This document shows, piece by piece, positions 51,401 through 61,816 of a DNA stretch of 64,000 nucleotides. The notes beneath the pieces were generated by a model, which saw nothing but the letters and a program-made list of their open reading frames with translations, had not been told where the DNA came from and searched no databases. This DNA is from a virus (lineage: Duplodnaviria > Caudoviricetes). Location of the stretch: the IMG/VR virus record IMGVR_UViG_3300021431_000076, positions 64,001-128,000 of that record; one strand, given 5' to 3'. Each line of letters begins with the position of its first letter. Positions within the stretch are counted from its first letter, which is position 1. Both the position numbers and the translations under genes were made by a program.

Positions 51401-51858
51401 AGCCAGATGTATACATGAGTAATTACTCTGATGATGTATTTGCTAAATTAAAGGCAATTGCTAATAGCTCTGGTAGTGCTAATATCGAAGATGCATATAT
51501 GGGTCTCTATGATGATCAGACTGGTGAAACTGACTTCTCTAAGAGAACAGTTGAATTCAGATTTATGGGTACTCCAGTACAACCAATTGCTGATGGTGTG
51601 CTGATTCCTAATGCTGAACAAATTACCAATGACCCATCTATTGGAACCAAATTCCAAGCTAAACTTAATGAACTTGGTATTGCTGATGGTGTATTTGGCT
51701 CAGCTTCTGATCCACAATATATTGCTGGTATAGAAATCAGAGACGATAAAGCTTCTTCACAAATTATATTCAGCCAAGCTTTACCAAATGCTATAATTCA
51801 GATTAGAGTTGTTGATCAAGGTACTTATATTACTGATGATCCTAACTCTTATCTATAA
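48445..51858 (+). CDS. large Ig-like (Big_4-type) repeat virion protein
   Basis: Repeated LP..V.V.Y.DG......V.W....Y.....G.....G units. Confidence 0.75.
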   Translation: MAKNKGYLVPGIVKTLDDRDKYPVADVNDVAGARHIVQTDAERLAIPKLRRKIGMECYVAGTGMLYKLTNDPATDSTTVNDWSEEKILTAAEVAQFVTTTNLTSKLSLYALKTDLPDLSQYATLATTSLANYYVKSDTYSKTEADNEFVKKTDLPKFDKIIVALKRPDIISVNYNTDIKDITLPTDIDVTYANGSAATLPVVWEKSTYNKTASGVQILLGTLTLPTGTKNAIVNVIQHIIVGPELHVIDHIIGTVPVPITAEYDAPFDKLGLPTRMQVEYVDGTTGYLDIDWSGAVSSYNPKEVNVQTLTGTFLLPTSVQQPSTPVEPEVEVQARIKPLKIISDASMVMPLVIEGTLFDAAGFPTSNTVTLEDNSTTTLNIKWNKGSYNPFDIGRQYLTGEYVLVDGIVNDDDVTPDIIFEVGTPPDICQVIDPDPVFTGIGVNAANLTLPPSVTVKVLAYDGTITTASANVNWNLNPYNATTEPNGTTYDKNVPGSYYIYGTLVPPAGVTNKTNLDTEIVVNVTAGVTYSVKNDVIETHADLPNGSTLADIVKPSSVTVELVGSDGTTSTDTANVTWSAADTVPAFDGTKAGTYTWYSDPFADTANYTNPGQKRVKLDVTVQAPVTVVYTLETVGQSIGTSATLTEGDTYTEASLNLPNGTNVTVKRSDTQEIKTYIAPIVSWNKSNLDSNDDGVVDSNIASSSPIEIYGSIDLGNIISGVAVKNPNGLTYINKVQVNAAPPTPVTRNTIKGLATPIPEVTNGMTVPFNGNVNDIITQLSTSYPTIDLEYGDGTNPDSIITGIAVTWSADPLADTSSANSTFNVYGNVDLTALENGSTPIYNDLNFIPIKIQVTVGAAPVVKTFESFEYVPASAATVNVAYGTAENDITGLPSTIKVNCVEDGSNNSHTLNITGWTSTNYDPTTPGDYVFTPTINMTSDSNNVDISDHTGNPTVPTVTVTVGSAPVTGTTYLTSEYTVPSDRVTQPDVYMSNYSDDVFAKLKAIANSSGSANIEDAYMGLYDDQTGETDFSKRTVEFRFMGTPVQPIADGVLIPNAEQITNDPSIGTKFQAKLNELGIADGVFGSASDPQYIAGIEIRDDKASSQIIFSQALPNAIIQIRVVDQGTYITDDPNSYL

Positions 51859-51961
51859 GATATTCACTAAGAGGTATTCATAAGAGTACCTCTTAGTTTT
51901 TAATATATACTAAAAAGAAAGGAGGATTCCCTTTCTTTTGTAGTGAAAGGGAGATTGAAAT

Positions 51962-52654
51962 ATGTTTGCAACTCCAGAAACTCAGTTATATAAAAACCAA
52001 TATGATGCTCTTTTTGAATCTACTGAAAAAAATCCTTATCTAACTGCTAGTACAAGAGCTAGTAAAAATAAGGCTTTAAAAACAAATGATAAAAGAATCA
52101 TTGCTGCTATTAATGAAGTTAAAGCTAAAACCGATAGCTTAAATTCTACAGTTAATACTACTCTTGTCAATCAGAATATTAAGATAGGTCCACTTGACAG
52201 TGATCCTGATCTATATAATGAATTTCAGAATGCTGGCTATACTAGTTTAGCAGATGGTATAGTAAAAGTTAGTAAAAAGGTTGGAGATGCGTCAAAGAAT
52301 ATAGTGTTTGTTATTCAAAAAGTGAATAGCTCAACTATATTCCCTGAAATATTTATACCTTTTGATATGCATATTTTAAATGTAACTGCTAGATTCTCAG
52401 AAGCTGATAATGATAAGACTCAGTTTACTGACGATATAATTATCCAGCTACAACATACAGATAAAGCAGATCCAACAGGTTTTGCTACTTTTAAAACAGT
52501 AACTATTCCTGTTACTAATAATAATGCTGATTCTTTTGTTTCTGAAGATTTTGAACAAGACCTTTCTAGTGGAATTATGAAAGCCAAAGTAACTCAATTC
52601 CCAGATGGTCTTAAAAATCTTAACATAGTTGTTACAGTAACTAAGAATAATTAA
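51962..52654 (+). CDS. structural protein
   Basis: LKTNDKRIIAAINEV fiber-like motif. Confidence 0.55.
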   Translation: MFATPETQLYKNQYDALFESTEKNPYLTASTRASKNKALKTNDKRIIAAINEVKAKTDSLNSTVNTTLVNQNIKIGPLDSDPDLYNEFQNAGYTSLADGIVKVSKKVGDASKNIVFVIQKVNSSTIFPEIFIPFDMHILNVTARFSEADNDKTQFTDDIIIQLQHTDKADPTGFATFKTVTIPVTNNNADSFVSEDFEQDLSSGIMKAKVTQFPDGLKNLNIVVTVTKNN

Positions 52655-52668
52655 TTAATTAAAGGAGA

Positions 52669-53331
52669 ATGATTAATATGGCAACAGCTCCAATTGTGGA
52701 ATATTATCGTTTAGTAGACGACGGCACAAATTCTAATTCTTTCCAGTATGTAAATCCAGCAGCTCCTGCTCCAGAAACTCTTCTGGATTTTGGCACCGTA
52801 GATGCTGGTACTAATACTTATCAGACAGCATATGATGGTGATAATTCTCTTCTGACAGATACAAATAAGGCTGTTCAGGTATATGCTATCTATAATAATA
52901 ACTCCAATAGCACTAGCTACAATAGTTCTGGTGTTTCTGATATGCAGGACACTTATCTTAGCATTGTTTCTAATGAAACTGGTCAGCAAGGTAACTCTGC
53001 TGGTGATGTGTATGAACATAGATGGGTAAATGTTCTTCTAAATAATGGTACTTATGGTACAGATGATGTAGCTCTTGGTAAATATACAGTTACTACATCT
53101 CCAACTGCTGTTGCAGATACTACTGAAACAAAACTTCAGCTTACAGCTATGGGCCTAGATGCAACTGTTAGCACAAATGTTGGTGTTATTAAAGGTAAAG
53201 CCAATGGTGGTTCTTTAACTGGCACTGATACAGAAAACTTTGCTCAGATTAAAACTTGGGTAGATATTAAACCAAATGCTCCTGCAGGTCCACACCTCTT
53301 CCGTCTGCGTACTACTTATTCTTATACCTAA
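52669..53331 (+). CDS. structural beta-sandwich protein
   Basis: LDFGTVDAG ... NAPAG.H.F..R..YSYT. Confidence 0.55.
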   Translation: MINMATAPIVEYYRLVDDGTNSNSFQYVNPAAPAPETLLDFGTVDAGTNTYQTAYDGDNSLLTDTNKAVQVYAIYNNNSNSTSYNSSGVSDMQDTYLSIVSNETGQQGNSAGDVYEHRWVNVLLNNGTYGTDDVALGKYTVTTSPTAVADTTETKLQLTAMGLDATVSTNVGVIKGKANGGSLTGTDTENFAQIKTWVDIKPNAPAGPHLFRLRTTYSYT

Positions 53332-53383
53332 TTAAATATAAGACCTTCTACTTATAGTTAAAAAATAATAAACAATAGGTAGG

Positions 53384-54046
53384 GTGGTTTTCATCCTACC
53401 TATAAATTTTAAGGAGGGTCATTTTATGACAACAACATTTCAAGCAATAGAAAAACTTAGATCACCGGAACATGATCAAGTTTATATTTACTTTGCTGAA
53501 TATTTTGATGGGACTATCTTATATGAGTATGATAACAACCATGTTCATTTAAGCTTTCAGGATATTGATCAATCTAAAGTAAAATACTTTGGGTTTATTG
53601 GTAATGGGATGAAAATCTATTGGGATATTCCTGCTGGAATACTTCATGTTGGTAAAAAAGAATATATGGTCAAAATATCATCAGATACAAGCATAATTCC
53701 TTTTGTCGGATCTAAGAAAGATCTTATCACTTTTAAACTTGCTCACACCGATAGTATAATTAATGGTGGTAGAATTACTAGATCTGAACTGGGAAATGTT
53801 ATAGATTGCTTTTGTATTGGGTTTAAGATGAACTTAGATTCTGTATTCACCCAAATTCTATTTAATATTCCTATGACAGGACCAAATAGAAAGCCATTCT
53901 TTGGGGTTAGAATCTCTAATAAGAATGATGAGATTTACACTGCAGAATTGATTGGTATGAATGGTGAAGACGAATCTACTTTTACTAAGACGGAAATTAA
54001 ACTAACAGATGGTAAATCATCTGCAGTTGAGTTATATTTTAATTAA
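53384..54046 (+). CDS. hypothetical protein (true start probably MTTTF behind AAGGAGG)
   Basis: ORF track; internal SD. Confidence 0.55.
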   Translation: MVFILPINFKEGHFMTTTFQAIEKLRSPEHDQVYIYFAEYFDGTILYEYDNNHVHLSFQDIDQSKVKYFGFIGNGMKIYWDIPAGILHVGKKEYMVKISSDTSIIPFVGSKKDLITFKLAHTDSIINGGRITRSELGNVIDCFCIGFKMNLDSVFTQILFNIPMTGPNRKPFFGVRISNKNDEIYTAELIGMNGEDESTFTKTEIKLTDGKSSAVELYFN

Positions 54047-54062
54047 TACGAGGTGATTATTA

Positions 54063-55358
54063 ATGCCAGCACCTGATACAGCCGGTAAATATGTCAGTGG
54101 TCTAAGTGGAATGGCAATTGATGACTATATCAAATGCATCTATGAAGCACCATTTGACAATGTTGCCGGATATTTTTCTCAATTAGGTAATAAGGAGCCA
54201 TGGATAGAAGTACATACGACTACTAATGGTGGTGCAGAAGTAGTTACTAAAGAACCATATAATGAACTTCCTACTACACCAGCATCAAATAATATCTCTG
54301 GTTATTTTTATCTAATTAAAGTAGACAACGGTATGCTTATTGCTGACCGTATGGTTCAACAAGCTATTTCTTGGGAATCTCTTAATAAAAAGAATTACAT
54401 CTATGGTGGGGTATTTGATACTGTTAATAGTAGAACAGTTAGATATGATGTAGTAACGACAGCCACTTATAATTCTGAAACTGATTCTGCTAAAACAGAA
54501 ATTTTAAATCCAGATACTGATGAAGTGATCACTGCTAATGATGCTCAAGAATTCTTTAATAACTATGATAAAAAGAGCCGTAAAGTGAGAACAGTAACCA
54601 TTGATACAACTAATAATGTTACAACAACAACTATTTCTACATGGCATTATGCTTATATTCCAGATGAACTTCCAGATAGAATTCAAAATGCAGTGATTGA
54701 TCCAAATAATACATCTCTTACTTATGATACTGAAAAGAATATGAGTATATTGAGTATTCCATATAATTCTGAAATCAGTGCCATTAGTGATGTATTGGAT
54801 ACGATTACAACAGTACAATGTACTGTATTAAAAGACAATGGTGAAACTTATACATATGATGTAGGAGTTACTTGGAAATATACTAAAGAAGACGATACTG
54901 CAATATATAAGAAAGGCGACGTTGGTACAGTAATTGTTTATGGTGATCTTGCTGATATGGATATCGATCCTGTTAAACCTATGCAAAATCCAAATGAAAT
55001 AAAAGCATCTTGCGTTGTTATGATTCAATCTGATGAAATTCAGAGTATTGAAACTCAATTTGCAAATATTACTATAGATACTGATACTGGTGCTAATGCT
55101 CTTGCTTCTCAGCTTTCTAGTACATATCCTTCTTGTACTGTACTTTGTAAGAGATATGGTAGTCCAGAAGAAGAACCCCAATATCAACAGAATGGCATTT
55201 CAATTGAATGGGATGTATCCAATTATACTCCTGGTGTAGTTGGTACAACTACAATTATTGGTGAGCTTACTGGAATTGAAAGTTATGGTTTGACTAATAC
55301 AGCTGGTATTAGAGCAGAAATTACTGTTATTACCGAGCCTGTAATTTCTGATTCTTAA
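54063..55358 (+). CDS. structural protein with partial lectin-like domain and Ig-like domains
   Basis: GYFYLIKV..LIADR.VQ..ISWESLN shared with ORF 56367; Big_4-like C-terminus. Confidence 0.55.
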   Translation: MPAPDTAGKYVSGLSGMAIDDYIKCIYEAPFDNVAGYFSQLGNKEPWIEVHTTTNGGAEVVTKEPYNELPTTPASNNISGYFYLIKVDNGMLIADRMVQQAISWESLNKKNYIYGGVFDTVNSRTVRYDVVTTATYNSETDSAKTEILNPDTDEVITANDAQEFFNNYDKKSRKVRTVTIDTTNNVTTTTISTWHYAYIPDELPDRIQNAVIDPNNTSLTYDTEKNMSILSIPYNSEISAISDVLDTITTVQCTVLKDNGETYTYDVGVTWKYTKEDDTAIYKKGDVGTVIVYGDLADMDIDPVKPMQNPNEIKASCVVMIQSDEIQSIETQFANITIDTDTGANALASQLSSTYPSCTVLCKRYGSPEEEPQYQQNGISIEWDVSNYTPGVVGTTTIIGELTGIESYGLTNTAGIRAEITVITEPVISDS

Positions 55359-55520
55359 GGAGCGATACTACAGGCTATTTGCCAATAATACAATTTGATG
55401 AAAATTACTATAATAAACATTACAGATAGGGATCTCCCCTATCTGTTCTTATTTGTTAAGACAATAGTGTAACGGGAATATCCCCTATATTTACAATACA
55501 ATGTAAAGGAGGAAACTATT

Positions 55521-56327
55521 TTGGCAACGACTTTAAGTTACCTAGATACTAAAAATCATAGACTCTATGATAGAACTAAAGCCACTATTACCCAAGGCTT
55601 AGTTACTATCAATAATGAGTTTGGTAAGTTTGATGGCTCTTGTATTGATTTTACTAATCCATCTCATACTGGTATTTTGTTTCCTAATGGAGTAGATTAC
55701 TCTAATGAAGCATTTACTATTTCTGCTTGGATTAAACTGACTGAAACAATTGATAACTTTGTATTTATTGGCAATGCTGATGATGTAACAGATATTGATG
55801 CTTGGGAGGCTGGTAATGATACGGCATTATCTGCAGAAACATTAGACCATACTACTCCTACAGAATTTGTTATTTCTACTGATAATCAGCATCTTGTTAA
55901 TGCTAGTATTATTGCCTTAGACGATTATACTTGGCATCATTTTGTATTAACTCGTATCAAAGGATCTTCAAATGATTCTCTGATTCAGTTTGTTGATGGT
56001 GTTAAGATTTCTGAAACTACTTTAGAGACAGCTAAGAAAATTGACTTCTCTAAATTAGTAATTGGTTGTAGTGGTGGAGAGAATCCATTGATTGGTTATA
56101 TGGATGATTTCTGCTTAATTAAAGGAGCTAATCTTTGGACTGCAGCATTTACTCCTCCAGAAGTTCCTATTAGAGAAGCAACTGGACTAACTGATCAGTC
56201 AGATATTGCTGCTCAGACTGCTAGAACATGGAATGGTAGTACTGATATTATTGATTGTTCTACTAACCCAAATATTGCTACTTGGGAATTACTAGAACTA
56301 AATAAAAGTTTCGCTCTTAAGCTATAA
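55521..56327 (+). CDS. LamG domain protein
   Basis: GKFDGS..FTISAWI..WHHFVLTR..FVDG..GYMDDF..LWTAAFTPP. Confidence 0.75.
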   Translation: MATTLSYLDTKNHRLYDRTKATITQGLVTINNEFGKFDGSCIDFTNPSHTGILFPNGVDYSNEAFTISAWIKLTETIDNFVFIGNADDVTDIDAWEAGNDTALSAETLDHTTPTEFVISTDNQHLVNASIIALDDYTWHHFVLTRIKGSSNDSLIQFVDGVKISETTLETAKKIDFSKLVIGCSGGENPLIGYMDDFCLIKGANLWTAAFTPPEVPIREATGLTDQSDIAAQTARTWNGSTDIIDCSTNPNIATWELLELNKSFALKL

Positions 56328-56366
56328 GCTTTTCTATTAATACAATAATGGAAAGGGGATTTAAAT

Positions 56367-59300
56367 ATGGCAGTAGGCCAAGTATATTCCACCCCAGAAG
56401 CGGGATGGAAACAAGTAAATTGTAACCTAAATCCTAATTTATATACTTATGTAAATATGAATTATGGTGGAGATGGTAATGCTGCTAGTGGTGGTTTATA
56501 TTATCCTGCCCCTAGTGGAATGAATAAACTCAATTATCAGACTCCTCATAATCATGCTTACATGTTTTGTAACTTCACTGGTACTAAAATTAGAATTATT
56601 GGTTACTCAACAAATACCAGCTCAACTCCAGAAATTGCATCTATCTATATTGATGGTGATTATTCTGGTAAATGGTATGTACCATCTGATAGATCTGCTG
56701 GTAATATTTACAAATTCTGTGGATATGAAAACACAAATCTAACTGATAAAGAGCATACCTTACTTATCGTTGTAGAACCAGAATCTGGTAGATGGCGTTT
56801 CGATTGTCTTCACATTGATGAAAATGCTTCAGTTATCAAAGTTGATTCTTTATTTGAATTTAATAAAAATCAATTCAGAGCTTTCACTGGTGTGGATGAT
56901 AAAGAAACTAAGAAGATTAAAGATGATACTATTATCACTGCTAAATATCTTGAAATCAATCCAACTAGATTTGGCGTATTCTCAGATATCAGAATTTCTA
57001 ATTCTCCAGTAGATAATGATGTTAGATCTGGTGAAGGTATTAATCTAGAAACTAAGCCTTACTTTGATTTCTATATAACTCCAGAAGATCCTGATGTATA
57101 TGAGCTTAAAGGTACTAATGTAGTATTTAAGACCACTAGAGATCTTAAAGAAACAGATGGAGTTACAGAAACTATTGATCCTTCTAATTATCAAGAAGTA
57201 ATTGATATAGATTACACTAATAAGAAACTCTCAGTAGTTCCTAAGAATGTAATCTTAAAATCTAAACAATTGATTCCAGTAGATAATACTTTCTCTGGTG
57301 TTAAATGCACATTTAGTCATAGCGATATGAGTGCTAAGTTCTTAGTATCATTAGATAATGAAAACTTCTTCACTTATGATGCTGGTACTACTTCATGGGT
57401 AGCTGCTTCTATTGATGAGATTGATGAAAAAGGTATTAGTGACTTCTATACAATTCCATATGCAAATATGCAGTCATTCTTTACTGAACCTGCAGTTGGT
57501 ATAGCAATGAAGTTATATGTAGAAGATCCTGAAGATATTGCATTCTATAATAAAGCAGATAGAAAATTCTCTGGTTTTAAATTCACTACAGGAGATCCTG
57601 CTCTCTGTAAAGTAGAATCTTGTGTAAGAGATGTAAACTTCTATGTTAATAATATAGGAGGATCTTATAATGGAAATGAGAAATCTCTTATCTGTGATAC
57701 TGTTTTAAGTAAAGGTATCAATTGGACTAAGGCTAATGACTTAAATAGATCTTACTCTGAATATAGTGCTTCTGACTTTATTACCAATATTGGTTATGAT
57801 ATGTCCTATTCAGATTATGATGTTCAAACAGCTCTTAGATTGCTTACTACTGAAGATTATAATACTTATGTATTAGATCCAGCAAATGAAGCTAAACTCA
57901 ATCCATCAAAAGATGTAGCTACTTGGGTAGATAATGGAGCTAATCTAACTAATAATGAAGATTTTAATGCTCTCGGTGATTCTACTCTTACTATCACTCA
58001 TGCTACTGCAGATAAGGATACAGTATATAATAATATTGGTATTCGTCCTCAGCTATTCTTCAATACTAGATCTAAAGTATATCATAGATTTGATTCTGAA
58101 ACCTATCTACCAGTAGTAAGAAAGGTTAAAGATCTTGAACCTGGTAAAGCAATTGCTTGCTCTTATACTGCTACTACTTCTGGTGTAGCTGCAGGAGCTG
58201 GAGGATTTGCTATTGGTAAAAACGGTAAACAACTATTACCAGATTATGGTCTAGCTACTCCTGATGGATATTTCTATTTCATTTGCGTAGGTTATGCTCC
58301 TTCTGGTGCATTGAAATGTATTGCAGATAGAGTTATTCAAACCAATGTTTCTTGGGAAGCATTAAACGATAAAGGTTATTGTGTAACCTCTGGTGTATCT
58401 CTTAAATTTGGTTCTGCTAAGAATTGCTTACTGAGACTTCCAAACACTGTATCTGAAAATACATCTGGCTGGAATAATCTTGGAGAATGGGATGCTTGCA
58501 TTTCTTATTATGGTCAGCATGGTATTAATCCATCTTCTAATGCAGTATGGAATGCAGCTTCAAGATATTCTTGGACTCTTGTAACTCCACAATCTAATAT
58601 GGCTAATCGTATTGTTCGTGGTTATCAAGATGAATCAAATGTTTCTGATACATATGCTCAAAATGCTACTATGGCAGAAACATTTGGTGGTGGTACTGAT
58701 AAAGTATCTACTTATGTTGGTGCTGATGTTGGTTTCCGTCCAGTTATTGAAATTCAGACTTATGTAGATGAATCTCAGGTTACTACATATCCTGAATGCT
58801 ATCTTGATATTGCTCCTTCTCTTGGTGCTTGTAAACCTGGTCAAGCTGTAGTATGTGAATATAGACAAGATACTGCTAACGTTGCTGGTGCTGCTAATGC
58901 ATTCAACTTCAATCCAGAATCTGCCAAAGATCCTATTCCTGATCCTGCTCCAGATACACCAAATGGTAAATTCTATTTCGTATGTGTAGGATATGCTCCT
59001 TCTGGTGCTAAGAAATTTGTTGCTGATAGAAATATTCAGGCAAATGTATCTTGGGAAGATCTTAATGATAAAGGATACTGTGTAACTTCTGGTGTAGATG
59101 TATCTGAACAGACTGGATTTGAAAAATCTCTTATGAGATTAATGGTATCTGATGTTACTAACTATAATATGCGTCTTGAATCTTCTGAGTGGGATGCTAT
59201 TATAATGAGAGAGAACATTGGTAACACTGATGTATCTGCTGCTGGATGCAATTATTGGAATATGAAGAAAACCTTAAGCTGGATGCTCAATACACCACAT

Positions 59301-60005
59301 GATGTAAATGCTTCTGGTAATATGGGTACTATGTCTCAACGTGTAGTTAGAGGTAAAGAAACTATTGACTATGGTGATGAAGCCAATTTCATTTCAGAAT
59401 CTACTACTAGATCTTCTTCTATTGGTTTCCGTCCAGTATTAGAAGTCCGTATCGAAGGTAAGACGGCATATAACAATTGCAAGATTGATACTACTAGAGT
59501 ATCAGAAAAGAACAAAGAAAATATGTTCATTGGTATTGATGGCTCTTATGAATTCTTTGATGAAAATCAGAGTGCTGCTAATGCATCTATAAAGATGATT
59601 ATCAATAGTGATGTAGAAAATACAGACTTTGCTCCTGTAATGTCTGATGAGGATAAGACTTATCATTATGACTTACCTATTACTAAATTAGATTATGGTG
59701 ATAATACCATTAGAATAGTCCTTTCAACATTCGAAAGAAGAACTAATAATAACGGTGAAGAAGTTCTTGATAATGTGGTTGATAATGAGTTCGAATATAT
59801 TATTCACAAAGAATATATTACAGAACCTGAATGCAAGACTAAGATGAGAGAACTTGAAAATTACACTGCTGGTTTTGATATGGGTAATGGTTTAACCGTT
59901 GAGAATAAACTGGTTGTCAATAATGGTAAAGTTAAGACTGATGAATCACCAAAAGAAATCAGAATTCCTGCCAATACTATCAAGATTACATTTAGTGCTG
60001 AATAA
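56367..60005 (+). CDS. large tail protein with three C-type-lectin-like (GxRP-terminated) domains
   Basis: Duplicated PDG.FYF.CVGYAPSGA.K..ADR.IQ.NVSWE.LNDKGYCVTSG domain; GIRP/GFRP ends. Confidence 0.6.
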   Translation: MAVGQVYSTPEAGWKQVNCNLNPNLYTYVNMNYGGDGNAASGGLYYPAPSGMNKLNYQTPHNHAYMFCNFTGTKIRIIGYSTNTSSTPEIASIYIDGDYSGKWYVPSDRSAGNIYKFCGYENTNLTDKEHTLLIVVEPESGRWRFDCLHIDENASVIKVDSLFEFNKNQFRAFTGVDDKETKKIKDDTIITAKYLEINPTRFGVFSDIRISNSPVDNDVRSGEGINLETKPYFDFYITPEDPDVYELKGTNVVFKTTRDLKETDGVTETIDPSNYQEVIDIDYTNKKLSVVPKNVILKSKQLIPVDNTFSGVKCTFSHSDMSAKFLVSLDNENFFTYDAGTTSWVAASIDEIDEKGISDFYTIPYANMQSFFTEPAVGIAMKLYVEDPEDIAFYNKADRKFSGFKFTTGDPALCKVESCVRDVNFYVNNIGGSYNGNEKSLICDTVLSKGINWTKANDLNRSYSEYSASDFITNIGYDMSYSDYDVQTALRLLTTEDYNTYVLDPANEAKLNPSKDVATWVDNGANLTNNEDFNALGDSTLTITHATADKDTVYNNIGIRPQLFFNTRSKVYHRFDSETYLPVVRKVKDLEPGKAIACSYTATTSGVAAGAGGFAIGKNGKQLLPDYGLATPDGYFYFICVGYAPSGALKCIADRVIQTNVSWEALNDKGYCVTSGVSLKFGSAKNCLLRLPNTVSENTSGWNNLGEWDACISYYGQHGINPSSNAVWNAASRYSWTLVTPQSNMANRIVRGYQDESNVSDTYAQNATMAETFGGGTDKVSTYVGADVGFRPVIEIQTYVDESQVTTYPECYLDIAPSLGACKPGQAVVCEYRQDTANVAGAANAFNFNPESAKDPIPDPAPDTPNGKFYFVCVGYAPSGAKKFVADRNIQANVSWEDLNDKGYCVTSGVDVSEQTGFEKSLMRLMVSDVTNYNMRLESSEWDAIIMRENIGNTDVSAAGCNYWNMKKTLSWMLNTPHDVNASGNMGTMSQRVVRGKETIDYGDEANFISESTTRSSSIGFRPVLEVRIEGKTAYNNCKIDTTRVSEKNKENMFIGIDGSYEFFDENQSAANASIKMIINSDVENTDFAPVMSDEDKTYHYDLPITKLDYGDNTIRIVLSTFERRTNNNGEEVLDNVVDNEFEYIIHKEYITEPECKTKMRELENYTAGFDMGNGLTVENKLVVNNGKVKTDESPKEIRIPANTIKITFSAE

Positions 60006-60010
60006 GGAGA

Positions 60011-61783
60011 GTGATTAAAATGAGTAGATATTGTGCATTTAAAACTTCTGGTCAGTACTATGTGTTTAATAATGATAAAACGGCTCTTGTTCCTATAACA
60101 TTTAATCCTAAAGATCCCATTTATACTAAATGGATGAATCCAGAAGATTTAAATAATCTTACTGAAGAGCAATGTGCTAAGTTATCTGGTTATTTCTTAG
60201 AGTTATATTCTGATATAGAAGATGATGTATATACAGTAACTATGGAGAACTTCGATATTCTTCAAACTACAGATACATCACACTTTGTACTTAGTGGTTT
60301 TGCTGGTATTTCTTCAATGAAATTTAATGATACTTCTACCACTTGTCATGTTATATTGAGCTTTGATGGTAGAAAGACTTGGTACTATTATGATTTTACA
60401 GCAAAAGAATGGAAGAAAACAGTCCTAACAAAACTCTATAGTTCTGATTCTAATACAGTGGCTCAGATTCCTAATCTAACAGAAGCTATCTTTGAAAAGA
60501 TATTTACAAAACATTGTACTTTAGATTATGCTGTATCTATAACGAATGCAGAGCATGTAGGAAGTGTTACTTTAAATCTTCCAGGAAATCAAGCTCCTAA
60601 AATTTTATCTCTTACAGTAGAACAAAATCAGACAACACATACCAAACTAATAAAAGTTGTGGCAGTTGTTGAAGACTTTGAAGGAGATACAATTAATTAT
60701 GATATTAAACGTATCTTCAAAGGATTAAATGATGATCAGACTATTTACAAAGAAGGATATAACAAAATTCCTCCAATCAAATCTGGTACATGTAATCCTG
60801 CTACTAATACTTATGAGTATTATATAGATCCAGCGAATATTGAAATTGGATATAGTGAACTTGTATTTACTTATACCGATGAAAAGGGTCTATCTGATTC
60901 AAAGACTGTTAAAATAATAAAGACAAACAAAAAAGCATACATTGCTATGGTAATTAATAGAAATCATCTTTCATATACTATAGAAGACGAAGATTCAGAC
61001 TTTGGTAAATATAGAATTGTTATGAATGATACTATTATCACTCCAGGTCATCAGCAAACTCCACTTATTCAAGGTGATACAACAACTGGTTGGACTCAAC
61101 TAGTGCCTGTTCCAGTAAATAATTCATTTGATATTCCGTTAAATCTTGTTAAATTTGGCGATCCAACAAATGAGATTACTATTGAATTCCAAGAAGAATT
61201 CTATGATGCGCCAAAGATATCTTTGTCTAAAAAGTTTATGGGATATTATTATGGAATTCTCTTCATTGATCCCTCTCAACCATATGAATTAACTCAAGAT
61301 GTTACTATTACAAATACATTTGTAAATGAACTAGGAAATACTGTAACTGAAACTACTACAGTTAAACAACCAAACCCAGACTATTATTATTCTACATCTC
61401 TTGGAGATATACTGAAGAAGCTCAATCTAGGTTCTATTACTCATACTAGAAACTCTAATACTTTTGAAGTTGGTATAGTAAACCTTAGCGAAGACATTAT
61501 TTCACAAGTTGTTATTAATGGATTCACTAATGCTGCTAACAACTATAAAGTTTGTGTATCACTTACAGAAACATTTAGTAATAATCTAGATAATATGACT
61601 ATTCGCTTTAATGATGTATATCCATTTGATCCTAATAGCGCAGATCCTAAGTTTGGTGTACATACGTTCTACGTTAAACTATTCTCATTGGATACTACCA
61701 ATTGGGATATAGATGACTTTATTACTTTAGAAGCGGATTCTGCAGGTAAATATGAACCTGACACCCAAACTATTGGAAGCTAA
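60011..61783 (+). CDS. structural protein
   Basis: LSFDGRKTWYYY and NQAP..D.EGD.I.Y Ig/cadherin-like motifs. Confidence 0.55.
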   Translation: MIKMSRYCAFKTSGQYYVFNNDKTALVPITFNPKDPIYTKWMNPEDLNNLTEEQCAKLSGYFLELYSDIEDDVYTVTMENFDILQTTDTSHFVLSGFAGISSMKFNDTSTTCHVILSFDGRKTWYYYDFTAKEWKKTVLTKLYSSDSNTVAQIPNLTEAIFEKIFTKHCTLDYAVSITNAEHVGSVTLNLPGNQAPKILSLTVEQNQTTHTKLIKVVAVVEDFEGDTINYDIKRIFKGLNDDQTIYKEGYNKIPPIKSGTCNPATNTYEYYIDPANIEIGYSELVFTYTDEKGLSDSKTVKIIKTNKKAYIAMVINRNHLSYTIEDEDSDFGKYRIVMNDTIITPGHQQTPLIQGDTTTGWTQLVPVPVNNSFDIPLNLVKFGDPTNEITIEFQEEFYDAPKISLSKKFMGYYYGILFIDPSQPYELTQDVTITNTFVNELGNTVTETTTVKQPNPDYYYSTSLGDILKKLNLGSITHTRNSNTFEVGIVNLSEDIISQVVINGFTNAANNYKVCVSLTETFSNNLDNMTIRFNDVYPFDPNSADPKFGVHTFYVKLFSLDTTNWDIDDFITLEADSAGKYEPDTQTIGS

Positions 61784-61816
61784 CCTAGGCAATACAATGC
61801 AAAGGAGAGAATAATA

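Noticed and set aside
56367-60005. Complete diversity-generating retroelement
   Set aside because: No reverse transcriptase and no adenine-variant template repeat visible in this window.
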